Source: an uncultured delta proteobacterium (GTDB taxonomy: Bacteria > Myxococcota_A > Polyangia > Polyangiales > Polyangiaceae). Taken from it: 64,000 bases of DNA. Numbering within the stretch: the first letter of the stretch is position 1; the number at the start of each line of letters is the position of its first letter. Of this stretch, positions 23,178-33,158 are shown piece after piece. Both the position numbers and the translations under genes were made by a program. The stretch is taken from assembly GCA_963782055.1 (NCBI GenBank), contig CAWAIF010000003.1, positions 2,208,001 to 2,272,000 on the forward strand, written 5' to 3'. The notes under the pieces are model-generated. The model worked only from the letters and a program-made list of their open reading frames with translations. It did no database searches and was not told the DNA's origin.

Positions 23178-25456
23178 CAGAGTTCGGCATGGCCTCTCAC
23201 CCGATCTGGGCTCGAAACCTGAGCCGGCGGCGTCTTGAATCGCCGGGCAGGGTGAGCTTCTGGCGGTTGATGGCGGCGAGCAGCTCGCCAAAGGCGGCGT
23301 GCTCCAGCGCAGTGCCGGCGGGCGCCAGGTCGACGGCGATGGTGCGTAGTCCGACGCGTACTCGGCCAGGCGCGGCAAGCAGGTTGGCCAGCGTCTTCTT
23401 CGCCTCCGTCGGGCGGGGCAGGCGCGAGCCCAGCAACGCAGCGAGGTCAGCCTCGGCGTTCGCGCACGCGATTCTCAGCGTGTCGAGCACGGTCTTGCTC
23501 CCGCTCTCGTGACGTCGGAGCTTTCCGGCGAGCTCGGTGTCGCACAGCGGCGCGTGCTTGGGCGTCGTCGGCCGCTGCTCTTCGAGCTGGCGCTGCAACG
23601 CGATGGCATCCTCGAGGTCGCGCTCGATTCGCGCCCGTCGCCGGTCCTCGTCGGGGAGCTGCGCGAGCAACCGCCGCGCGTCGCCCTCGCGGATGCATGC
23701 GACGCGCATCGCGCGATCGAGTCGGCGCCGCGCCGGGTTGGGCACGATCGTGTCAGGGAGGTACGCGATGGTCTCGCGCCGGTCGAGCTGGTTGATGCCC
23801 CAGCGCTCCACCCCGTGCTTGAAGCCGTTCTCCTGCCGCCAGCGACCACGCATGATCTCGATGAGGCGCGTGGCGTCGCAGGTGGAGACGGCGAGCAGAT
23901 TGACCTGGCGGCCGTCGGCCTCCCGCACCGCGATGCGACGCACACGGCCACGTCCGGCGCCCAGGTTGATCTGCGACTCGACGTAGCGCACGTCGTCGTC
24001 CTCGCCGACGTGTGCGCTCTCGGTGAAGGCGGACTCGGCCAGCTTGGGGAAGGGACGTCGCTCGTAGGTCACCAGCTCGAAGCCCGCGTCGCGCAGCCGC
24101 GCCATCGACTCCGCGAAGGAGCCCGCGCGATCGAACGCGAGCAGCACGCGCTCGCCGTCGCCCACCACACGACGAAGTACTCGTGCGATCGGCGCGAGCC
24201 ACTGCGTGAGCGAGTCGTGGGATGCGACGTCGACGCGGAAGAGCGGCCGGCCGTCCTCATCGTGCACGTAGTAGTCCGTGATTCCGGGGCAGACACGCTT
24301 GTCCTGCATGCGCCAGCCTCGCCGGATGACCTGCTTGCCCGTGTACGGCCGGAGGTGGTTGTCGACGTAGTAGACGCCGCGCTCTGCGGCGCGCGGCGCG
24401 CGCAGGTACCGACCGAGCATGGCGACGTGAAACCGCACGGCGCCGAGCTGCTCGGCGAATCTCGCCATCGTCCGGCGCACGCTCCGCGGCGACGGGCACG
24501 CGGTGGCCCGCAGCAACACGGCCAACGTCGGCGTCGCGATCCGTCGTACGCCTTCGACGCAGCGCTGCCCGAGCGTGAGTGAGATGGCCGCCGCATCGAG
24601 CGCGACGCGCGTCGTGTGACCTTCCATTCGCCCCGCAGTTGCGCGCGCCGCCGCGTCGTAGAGCCCGAGCTTCGCCAGCGTCGCGAGCATCAGCCACGTG
24701 CCCGCGTGCTGCACGTACGCGCTGCTCCGCACGACCTCGTCTGCGACCGGCTCCGGCGGCGGCGGCTTGGGTCGCACGGCCATGCGCTTGATGCCCGGCA
24801 GCGGCAGCGTCTGCTCCCGCTCCGCCGCCGCCTCGTCAGCCGCACGCTTCGCACGCTCCGCTTCGCGCTTCTTGCTCCACGCCGTGTGCACGTGCCCGAC
24901 GGTGCTGTAGCCGAGACCGCGGACCTTCTTGTGCGCCGCCTCGATCGTCAGCCCGGCGTCGAAGAGCGCCTCGAGCGCCGCGCGCTTCTTGGGCGTCACC
25001 TTCGGCGGCCGACCGTTGCGCGCCGGCGTCACGAGCGCCGCCATCCCCTCCCGCTCGTACTTGCGCCGAAGCTCCCGCATCCGCTCGCTCGAGATGCCGA
25101 ACGCCTTCGCCATCCTCCCGAGATGCGTCCTCGGCTCTGCCGCGAGCGTCACGATCAGCACGTTGCGGCTCGTCACGTCATCGCTCGTGAACATCCCGAC
25201 GAGCACCCCGCCCACGAACACCTCACGACGGTCGCCGTGGTCCACCACGCACGCCCTGTCGGAGAACCACCGGATGTGGCCCTGCTGGCCATCGTCGGGT
25301 AGTGTCTTCTGCCCCATCGCCTCCGTCTTCATCGCCTCTGTCAGACGGCGAAGCCAGACGAAAATTCACCGCCCCTTCACAGAGAAGCCGGAACCCTCCA
25401 AGTCGCGGAAATCAGCCGCCACGGGCGATCATGCAGTCAGGTCGCGCCGAACTCTG
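23178..25456 (-). mobile_element. DDE insertion sequence copy 1, 2279 bp, family not assigned; transposase 23197-25332
   Basis: Terminal IR CAGAGTTCGGC; 711-aa ORF with N-terminal HTH, YVDNH, FDRAG, RWRQENGFK; near-identical copy at 48965. Confidence 0.92.
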
Positions 25457-25816
25457 GTGCGCCGCGCCGCTGAAGCCGTCGAGGGTCGCGAGGTGGCGGC
25501 CGGCCGTTCCTGCGTTCGGGGTGTTGTCGAACTTGTAGACCTGACCACTGCCTCGGCGCGTACACCGAGGGCAGCATCGCCACCGCGGGTCCGGCCGGCC
25601 CCCACGAGAACACAGGCTACCTTACAGGCGTCGCCCGCGCTCCCGACGGGTCGCTCGTGTACCCGAGCTTCATCGACGTCCCGGCAACCCCGGCGTGGGA
25701 AACGGCAACCCCGGGCCGGACGGCGCGCGGCTCGCCTTGCGTGCAATCGTTATCGCAATGTCGAGACCACTCGGGTCTCGACAATTTACCGGACCGTCAT
25801 TGCAGCACGCATACAA
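25457..25816 (-). pseudogene. Orphan Rhs C-terminal tip remnant
   Basis: LYACCNDGPVNCRDPSGL resembles the Rhs core end YAYCGNDPINCIDRDGL of the upstream gene; short open frame after it. Confidence 0.7.
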
Positions 25817-25820
25817 CTTT

Positions 25821-26096
25821 CTACCGCTCCTTGCTCCGATTCGGCTCGCGAAGCAGAGCTCGCGCCGATCGCCGCGTATCCTCCATGAGTTCATCGGCCG
25901 TTGCAGGAAACAGCTGATCCGGCTCCCTCCCGAGCGTACGAGCGGAGGCCCGCGCCTCATCAAGAACCCGTTGAGGACCGTACTTTGGATCCAGCAGCCG
26001 CTCAAGCAGACTGGCGCAGCGCAAACATGGCCGGCCGCCCCTTTTGCGCAGCAGCACGATCAATTTGCGATCTTCGTATTCCGCCACTTCAACCAT
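25821..26096 (-). CDS. Small protein, candidate immunity protein
   Basis: Position immediately downstream of the toxin gene; no recognisable motif. Confidence 0.4.
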   Translation of the reverse strand: MVEVAEYEDRKLIVLLRKRGGRPCLRCASLLERLLDPKYGPQRVLDEARASARTLGREPDQLFPATADELMEDTRRSARALLREPNRSKER

Positions 26097-26112
26097 CTAC
26101 CGCACCTCTGCA

Positions 26113-29100
26113 CTACGGCGTGGCTAGCGCCTCACAGTCATCGAGACACAGGTCGTAATTGGACGAATGCTCGTACTTGGCACACACGTGTTGACAACAT
26201 ACAGTATTATCCCATTCGCTAAGTCCGCGACACTCCTCCATCTCCTTCTGCCACTCCTTTCCGCTCTCGCGAAACGGTCTCGTGCACGTGGCCGGTATCG
26301 GTATCGGCGGTGTCGGCAACGGGGGCTTCTCCGCGAACAGCGCATCGTGAATAGCCCTATCGATAGCCAATACTCCCATGCAGCCATTAAACATGCAATC
26401 TGTTGCGACGAAGGCTATCCCAGCGATGGCGACGACCTGAGCAACCGCGGCCGCGGTGAGCACCACGCCACCGGCGACCAGCTCGCCGTCTAAACCATCT
26501 CGGTCGATACAGTTGATCGGATCATTCCCGCAATAGGCGTAGAAGTTGAGACCGCCGCCGAAGCGGATCGGATCCTTGCTCAGCCAGCGGTGCTCCCAGC
26601 CACTGTAGTCGCGTGCGCCCATGTGGTAAATCGCCGGGTAGTAATCCACCAGGCCGCCGGCGAAGCCGAAGGGCTGGTAAACGAGCGCCGGGCCGGTCAT
26701 TGCGCCGAAGTCGTTGTAGTAGGTGTATGGGCCCTCGATGATGTTGCCGGGTGTGCCGCCACACGCCGGGCCGCTCAGGCAGATGACGGCGCGGGCGGTG
26801 CCGATCCCGTCGCTCACGATGCGCAGGATGCTGCCGTCGGCACGGTAGACCAGGTCCGGGATGTTCTGCTTCGTCACGTAGGCGAAGTGGGCCGTGACGG
26901 CTCCGTTGCCGTCCAGGGTCGCGATGACTCGGTCGCCCTGGTAGAGGTACCCTGCGCTCTCGGCACCGGGCGGCTGGCTGCCGCTGCTCGTGCGGAAGAC
27001 GAGGCGGTTATTTCCGTCCACGGCGTAATCGAGAGTCACGTTATATGACGGAGAAGCATAGTGACGCAGCGTGCCGAGGGGGTCGTAGCCGAATGTCTCG
27101 ATCTGGGAGCCTCGGTGGCGGCCCGAGACCTCACCATTCGATGAGTAGCTCCACTGCCAATACCCATCACTTACCAGCCTATCCTGATCGTCATAGCTCC
27201 ACCCGGTGCCGTTGCCATCAGCGTCATAAGGCGCGTCGGCCGGGGGTGTTCCGCAGGGGCTGCTGGAGCTCGCCAGGTAGGTCTTGTAGGTGGGATCATA
27301 GGTGTAAGTCGTGACGCAGGCAGCGCCACCGTTGAAGGACTCGGTCTTTTTGTGGACGCGGCCGGTGTCGGTCTCGCGCTCGTAGTGCAGGGAGTAGCGC
27401 GGGTTGCCACCGTACGTGATGACGTCGTCGGTCAGCGCGCCGTACAGGTCGTAGCTCAGCTCCTCCTGGAGCGAGCCGGTGTCCGTCTCCGCCAGCATCC
27501 GGTTGTGGCCGTCCTCGCCTCGGTGGAGCACCATGGTCTGGTCGCCGGCATCGACCTCCGTCACTAGGCCATCGCCGTCGCGATGGAACGTGTAGGTGAG
27601 GTCGCCGTCGATGCCCCGCGTGTCCATCCGTCCGTAGTCGTCGTAGTGGTAGTCGACCTCGCGCGTGACGCTGGGCGACGCGAGCGCGTAGGTCTCCTGC
27701 GTCAGCATCGAGCCGTCGTAGGTGTAGGTGAGGTCGACCTGGCCGTTGTCGAGCGTGTGCAGGTGGCCTGGAGAGGTGCCCTGATCGTCGAAGTACGTGT
27801 ACTGGTTCGTGACGGTGCCGGTGAACGGCGCGTAGTAGCTCACGGTGCTCGGACGTCCGGCTCCGTCATATCCGTAGCTCACGGTGCGACCTGGCTCCTG
27901 CATGCTCGTCATGAGACCGTCGAGATCGTAGAGATCGCTGGTCGGGCCTGTGCCGGCAACGCTCGGAGGCGTGTAGGTCCCGAGCAGGTCCAGGGGGTTC
28001 GCCGAGAAGTGGTGCTGCTTTCCCGCGGGTGTGTAGAGCAATGAGGCATTGCCGTTCGCGTCGTAGTACTGGAACGCCGTTCGGCCGGGCAGGTTGACGC
28101 GCTGCGGGCGACCCACGCCATCGAAGAAGGCGTAGCTGTACATGCCGATGCCCGGCACGTCGACGGAGGCCAGCGCTCCGGTCGCGCCGTCGTACGTGAG
28201 GGGCGTGACGCGCGAGTTGACGGTGTAGGTCTCAAGCTGTCCGGTGGTGGGATAATAGCCGAGCTGCACCGGGTAGAGCGGCGCGTTCGGGCCCGGCACG
28301 TTTCCGGTCACCTGGATGCTGGACGGGCGCTCGTGCTGGGTGTCCAGCGTGATCTCCGTCTTGGCGCCGGCGGCGCTGGTCTCGGTGAGCTTCGACTGGC
28401 TCGAGTCGTACTGGGTCGTCCAGGTGAGGGTGTTGTCGTTGACGTCAGTGACGGTGGTGGTGTCCGTCTCGGACGTCACGTCGTCGGTCTGCGGATCGGT
28501 GACGACCATGCTCGAGTGGGTGGTGGTGACCGTCTTGGTGCCGTCGACGACCACGCGCTTCGCCGGGTAGCTGGCGTTCTCTCCGAAGCGTGGATCAGGG
28601 GCGTAGGTGCTCGAGACCTGCGTCCCGTCGGCGAATGCGACGTGATCGGAGCCGTCCGCGTAGGTCACGTGGGTGGATACCAGGCCAGCCGGATCCGTGA
28701 TCGTACGCGACTCGACCTGGTTGGCGCCTTCGTCGCCGGTCGCGCCACGGGTCGTGTCCACGGAGTAGGTGGTCGCGCGGGACTCTGCCGTGGTCAACGA
28801 CACATCCCACCCGCTTCCGGTCACCGGCGCCGAGCGCGCGAGGGTGACGCCCGCCGAGGGCTGGGGGTTCTGGTCGTTGGTGAGCATGCCGAAGCTGTCG
28901 TACGTGAAGTGGTGGTGCTGGCCCTTCGCGTCGGTCAGGTCAGTGAGCAGCCCACCGGTGCCGTAGGCGAGCTGGATCGTCTCGTTGTTGGCGTTGACAA
29001 TTCCCGCGAGGTAGAGCGTGCCGCCGTAGTCCTGGAACTCCAGCGTCGTCGGCTCGTTGCTCGCGATCCCGGTCGGGGGCGTGATGCTCTTGCAGTCGTC

Positions 29101-32100
29101 GAAGCCGCAGGAGGAGCCGGTGTCGGTAATCTGGGTGACGTTGTCGTAGTCATCCGTGATGGAGGACAAGACGCCCCCGGTGTACGCGAGGGTCTCGAGT
29201 GGTACGGCTCGGTAGCGGCTGAGGGTCGCGACGTGCTGCCCGGTGCCGTCGAACTTGTAGATGGCGGTCCCGTCGGGGCTCAGCAGGCGGTAGCCGGCGT
29301 CCTTCGGCGTGCCGAGCGGTTGCAACGCTCTGACGATCATGCCCGTGTTGCCGTCGTCGGGTTCACGACTGGTATAGAGCAGCGACCCGTCCTGGCCGTC
29401 TGCCAGTCCCACGAGGTTGGCCCCGCCACTGCGGCCTTGGCCCGTGGCCGGAGCACCCTCCAGGTAATTGGTTGTGCCGCCGGAGACGTGACAGCTGCTA
29501 CCCACGACGGTGGACATGCTCCCCTCGGGGCCGATCCGGCGCACCGCGCCCTGGGCCTCGTCGGCGATGTAGAGGGCCCCGCCCCTCCAGAGGAGGCGCT
29601 GCGGCGCACCGAGCGGCGCGGACGTGGCCGCGCTTCCGTCGCCCCAGTCATGGGGGCACACGTTCCCGTAGACACCGTCGTCGAACCCCTCGCCCCCTGC
29701 GGCGCGGTGCAGGACCCCATCGGTCGACACGCGGAACACCACGGCGCGACTGAAGGGACTGCCGGCCGATTCGGAGAAATACACCTCGCCGTTCGGGGCA
29801 ACGGCGACGCCTTCCACGTCCTGAAGGGCAACGCTCGTCGCAGCAACCCCCTCCATGTTGCCGAGGCCGGTCAGGTTGCCGGTCCCAGAGCCGGCGATTG
29901 TCTCTAAGACGCCGTCAGTCCGTACGCGGCGGACCTCTGACTGCAGTTTCCCGTATTTGTCGACGAAGACGACGCTGCCGTCAGGGGCGGTGGTGATCGC
30001 GCTCACGGTGTTCAGCGAGGCTGCCGTTGCCAGGCCCCCGGCGGCCTCGAAGGTCCCACCCGTTCGGCACCCAAGCTGGGACGGCAGCGCGCTACCAGCC
30101 AGCACCGTCGTGTGCGCGGTGTTCCAGTGGGGTGGAGTGTCCGTGGGGGCGTCCACGTGCAGTACGTCGCATGCGCCTCCCACGAGCACCGCGCCGTCTT
30201 GCGCCGAGGCCACAGATTGCCCGTCCACGAAGACGCTTCCCAGATCCGTGCCGCCGCTCGGCACGGCTGGGGCGTTGGGGTCGGTGCTCGACACGGTCGT
30301 GTTGCCAGGGAATGCGAGGACGGCTTCGTTGTATAGCGGGTCGGCCGCTGCGAGGATCGTGCCCTCGCTGTCACTCGTGACCGTGAGGCCCGCGAGCTGG
30401 TCCGACGTGTACTCCGTCCTCACCATGTCCGGAAGCGCGGTCGCGGTTCGCTTCTCTCCGTAACCGGTCCAGAGCGTGCCGGTCGTGGGCTCGTACACGT
30501 GCTCCGCGCTCAGGGTCCACCCGCCGAAGCCAAGGGGCTGGGCGTCCAGTGCGTCGAGCCGCACGTCGTAGTCGCGGCGCAGAAAGATCACCCGTTCGTT
30601 GCGGTCACCGTCCACGACCACATCGTCCCCGGTCCCGAAGGAGCCGAAGGTCGGCGTGAGGCCGGAGGGCGTCGCCGCGTAGGCGTAGGCCACGCGAACG
30701 TGCGCCACCACCGAGCCCTGGATCGGCCGGCCGTACGCATCCTCGCGATTCCACGCCCACGAGACCGACTGGTTCTTTTGCGTCGCGTTGAGCGGAGTGA
30801 AGAGGGCGCGCTGGCCCGCGACGTCGATCTCGACCTCGGCGTAGTTCGGGGGCACGCTCAGTGTAGTGTCGTCGGTGTACGGAACCGTGATGACGGGGTG
30901 GAACCCCCGCTGCGTCTCGCTCCGGTAGTGCAGGCTGTAGGGGGTCCCGGCGATCGGGATGTCCTCGCCCAGCACCTGGTTTTCGCACTCGATGATGGAA
31001 CCCTCGTGCTTGCAGCCCTTGTCCGTCGGCGTGCTCGCCGACGCGCCCAGCTTGGGCGGCGCTGACGCGTTCGCGGGCGGGCCGGAGGACCAATTGTCGT
31101 CCCAGCCGGAGAAGTGGGGCATCGGAACACGCCAGACCTGCTTCTGGCTCACGTTGCCGTACACCGAAGCGAGTTCCTGACGCTCGCCGTCCGTGATGGG
31201 GGGGTCCTCTTGGTCGTACGCAGTGATCTCCGTTGAGCACCCACTGGTTCCCCGTCCGAGGTGCGCAATGGCGGGGCTCCCATCCACAGAGATGATGCAA
31301 TAGACCCTGCCATTTGCCTCAGGTTGCCAGACGCCGCGGGACCGATCGTAGCTACCTGTGGGGATGACGTTCTTGCGGTGTCCAAGCCCGTCCACGTCGG
31401 TATCGTCCATCGAGACGCTGGTGAAGTTCTCGAGGTAGAAGAAGAGATCGTGGTTGAACGTGACCGTCGCGTCGCCTGCCTGGAGGATGCCCGCCTCGAA
31501 CGCGTAGGTGTAGGCGCTCTGAGGCGGTAGCTCGCCGGGGAGAGCTAGCCGCCCCTCGTCCCCCACCGTGTACTCGGTGGCGTGCATGGTCACTGGAGAT
31601 GTGCAGCTTGGACAGCCCGCAGCAATTTCGGTGCCCGGTGGGACCAGGATCGTCGCAGTGCGTGGAGTCAGGTCCAAGTCGACGTGCGTGTTACCGCGGA
31701 CGGACTGCCAGTAGTCGACGCCGGCACCCAGGTTGACGGAGGTGGTGCTGTCCGGTTTCGTGAGCGCGATGTCCGGGAGCACGGTCCAGTCGAGCCACCG
31801 CGTCTCCGCGCGCCGCTGGACCGTGAGGTACGCGGGGTTGTTCACGTGGTCCGACAGCTCCACCACGTAGGTCGTTCCGCCGTTCACGGCCATGTCGAAC
31901 CAGCCGTCCGCCCGCGTCTGGGTCGTGCCGTACTCCGGGTGGTTCAGGATGCTTACGGTGATGCTCCCGAGGTTGACGAGCGGATTATCGCGCTCGACGA
32001 CGTGCCCGCGGATGATGGAGACGTGACTCTTAACCATGGTCGCAGTGACGGGACCTTGAATCTGGCTCACCGCGTCGAGCATGCCCTGCCCGATGTCGCT

Positions 32101-32874
32101 CGGGACCGTGCCGCCGCCCGGGTAAGGAGTGACCCCGTTCAACCCGTTCGGCACCCCGCAGCCCTGCATGGGCGTGTTCACGGGGTGCCCGTCGACGCAG
32201 GTATCGGTCGTGCAGGAGTTGCCGTCGTTTACCGGCACGTCCCCTCCGGTGATCTGCTGCCCGCTCTCGTCACAGTAGGTGACGACGTACGCGCTGCCGT
32301 CGCATTGCGTCCCGACGACGGTACCTGCGGGGACCTTCTCCGTGTGGTCGGGCTGACCGTTGGTGCACTTGTCCACTGTGCAGGGGTCTCCGTCGTCCAT
32401 GTCCGTAGAAACCGTCACGTGCGCCTGGAAGTTGCCCGACGACTCGACCCAGGACCAGAGGAACAGCTGGTCCACGGTCGTCCTGCTTCCCGCCGTGATG
32501 CTGACCGCGCAGTTGGTGAGCGGCAGCGGCGCGCCAGCCTGTAACGTGTCCTGCGTTCGCGAATAGATGCAGTAGTTCAGCTGCCCGTTGTTCCAGAACT
32601 GCAGCTCGGCGTAGAGCGTCTGCCCTACGGGCACGGTGTCCGAAGACACCTGCACGGCGGCCGGGACGATCACCTTGATGGCCGGGTTTGGGTAGGCCGC
32701 GTCGTAGCCGTTCACCCAGGCCGAGAGCGTCGTCCCGCCGCACGCGCCGTCGAGCAGGCTCTGCGTGCTGGCTGTCTGCTCGTCGGGTGAACCGCCGCAC
32801 GAGAGGCCGATCACCACTGCCAAGATCAGCATCGCCGCCGACCGCCCGGAGATGCGCAGCTTCGTCAGTCCCAT
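26113..32874 (-). CDS. Teneurin-like YD/Rhs-repeat lipoprotein with NHL-type propeller and variable C-terminal tip
   Basis: Start MGLTKL with GGAGG RBS; lipobox-like IGLSC; TRADGWFDMAVNGG, NQVLGEDIPIAGT, GGWTLSAEH teneurin-type motifs; YD repeats; Rhs core PFGFAGG...DPINCIDRDGL. Confidence 0.88.
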   Translation of the reverse strand: MGLTKLRISGRSAAMLILAVVIGLSCGGSPDEQTASTQSLLDGACGGTTLSAWVNGYDAAYPNPAIKVIVPAAVQVSSDTVPVGQTLYAELQFWNNGQLNYCIYSRTQDTLQAGAPLPLTNCAVSITAGSRTTVDQLFLWSWVESSGNFQAHVTVSTDMDDGDPCTVDKCTNGQPDHTEKVPAGTVVGTQCDGSAYVVTYCDESGQQITGGDVPVNDGNSCTTDTCVDGHPVNTPMQGCGVPNGLNGVTPYPGGGTVPSDIGQGMLDAVSQIQGPVTATMVKSHVSIIRGHVVERDNPLVNLGSITVSILNHPEYGTTQTRADGWFDMAVNGGTTYVVELSDHVNNPAYLTVQRRAETRWLDWTVLPDIALTKPDSTTSVNLGAGVDYWQSVRGNTHVDLDLTPRTATILVPPGTEIAAGCPSCTSPVTMHATEYTVGDEGRLALPGELPPQSAYTYAFEAGILQAGDATVTFNHDLFFYLENFTSVSMDDTDVDGLGHRKNVIPTGSYDRSRGVWQPEANGRVYCIISVDGSPAIAHLGRGTSGCSTEITAYDQEDPPITDGERQELASVYGNVSQKQVWRVPMPHFSGWDDNWSSGPPANASAPPKLGASASTPTDKGCKHEGSIIECENQVLGEDIPIAGTPYSLHYRSETQRGFHPVITVPYTDDTTLSVPPNYAEVEIDVAGQRALFTPLNATQKNQSVSWAWNREDAYGRPIQGSVVAHVRVAYAYAATPSGLTPTFGSFGTGDDVVVDGDRNERVIFLRRDYDVRLDALDAQPLGFGGWTLSAEHVYEPTTGTLWTGYGEKRTATALPDMVRTEYTSDQLAGLTVTSDSEGTILAAADPLYNEAVLAFPGNTTVSSTDPNAPAVPSGGTDLGSVFVDGQSVASAQDGAVLVGGACDVLHVDAPTDTPPHWNTAHTTVLAGSALPSQLGCRTGGTFEAAGGLATAASLNTVSAITTAPDGSVVFVDKYGKLQSEVRRVRTDGVLETIAGSGTGNLTGLGNMEGVAATSVALQDVEGVAVAPNGEVYFSESAGSPFSRAVVFRVSTDGVLHRAAGGEGFDDGVYGNVCPHDWGDGSAATSAPLGAPQRLLWRGGALYIADEAQGAVRRIGPEGSMSTVVGSSCHVSGGTTNYLEGAPATGQGRSGGANLVGLADGQDGSLLYTSREPDDGNTGMIVRALQPLGTPKDAGYRLLSPDGTAIYKFDGTGQHVATLSRYRAVPLETLAYTGGVLSSITDDYDNVTQITDTGSSCGFDDCKSITPPTGIASNEPTTLEFQDYGGTLYLAGIVNANNETIQLAYGTGGLLTDLTDAKGQHHHFTYDSFGMLTNDQNPQPSAGVTLARSAPVTGSGWDVSLTTAESRATTYSVDTTRGATGDEGANQVESRTITDPAGLVSTHVTYADGSDHVAFADGTQVSSTYAPDPRFGENASYPAKRVVVDGTKTVTTTHSSMVVTDPQTDDVTSETDTTTVTDVNDNTLTWTTQYDSSQSKLTETSAAGAKTEITLDTQHERPSSIQVTGNVPGPNAPLYPVQLGYYPTTGQLETYTVNSRVTPLTYDGATGALASVDVPGIGMYSYAFFDGVGRPQRVNLPGRTAFQYYDANGNASLLYTPAGKQHHFSANPLDLLGTYTPPSVAGTGPTSDLYDLDGLMTSMQEPGRTVSYGYDGAGRPSTVSYYAPFTGTVTNQYTYFDDQGTSPGHLHTLDNGQVDLTYTYDGSMLTQETYALASPSVTREVDYHYDDYGRMDTRGIDGDLTYTFHRDGDGLVTEVDAGDQTMVLHRGEDGHNRMLAETDTGSLQEELSYDLYGALTDDVITYGGNPRYSLHYERETDTGRVHKKTESFNGGAACVTTYTYDPTYKTYLASSSSPCGTPPADAPYDADGNGTGWSYDDQDRLVSDGYWQWSYSSNGEVSGRHRGSQIETFGYDPLGTLRHYASPSYNVTLDYAVDGNNRLVFRTSSGSQPPGAESAGYLYQGDRVIATLDGNGAVTAHFAYVTKQNIPDLVYRADGSILRIVSDGIGTARAVICLSGPACGGTPGNIIEGPYTYYNDFGAMTGPALVYQPFGFAGGLVDYYPAIYHMGARDYSGWEHRWLSKDPIRFGGGLNFYAYCGNDPINCIDRDGLDGELVAGGVVLTAAAVAQVVAIAGIAFVATDCMFNGCMGVLAIDRAIHDALFAEKPPLPTPPIPIPATCTRPFRESGKEWQKEMEECRGLSEWDNTVCCQHVCAKYEHSSNYDLCLDDCEALATP

Positions 32875-33059
32875 GACTCCCTCCTCCCCAGCGACCATGC
32901 GCGCGGGCGCGCGGGGGGGGGGGCGCGTCAACCCATTTAGTGCCGCGACACGACGGTGTTGCACGTGGACGCGTAGTCCGTGGGTCCAGCGTCCGGATGC
33001 TGAGATTCGTAGGCAATATCGGGAGCCAGAGACAAGCACTCGAGTGATCTGTGAGTGCC

Positions 33060-33081
33060 GTCTACTCCCTAGGGAGTAGAC
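33060..33081. promoter_or_regulatory. Perfect 22-bp palindrome GTCTACTCCCTAGGGAGTAGAC between divergent genes
   Basis: Direct reading; operator role is inference. Confidence 0.55.
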
Positions 33082-33158
33082 CCATGTGTTCAGGTGGACG
33101 CGATGCCCCGGGCACGTCTCCATGGATGGAGCGGCGCGACACGTGGTACCGTCGCATC

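Noticed and set aside
32913..32923. G11 tract upstream of the teneurin-like gene as a promoter phase switch
   Set aside because: A TTGACG lies next to it but no -10 at a plausible spacing; G runs are frequent in this DNA
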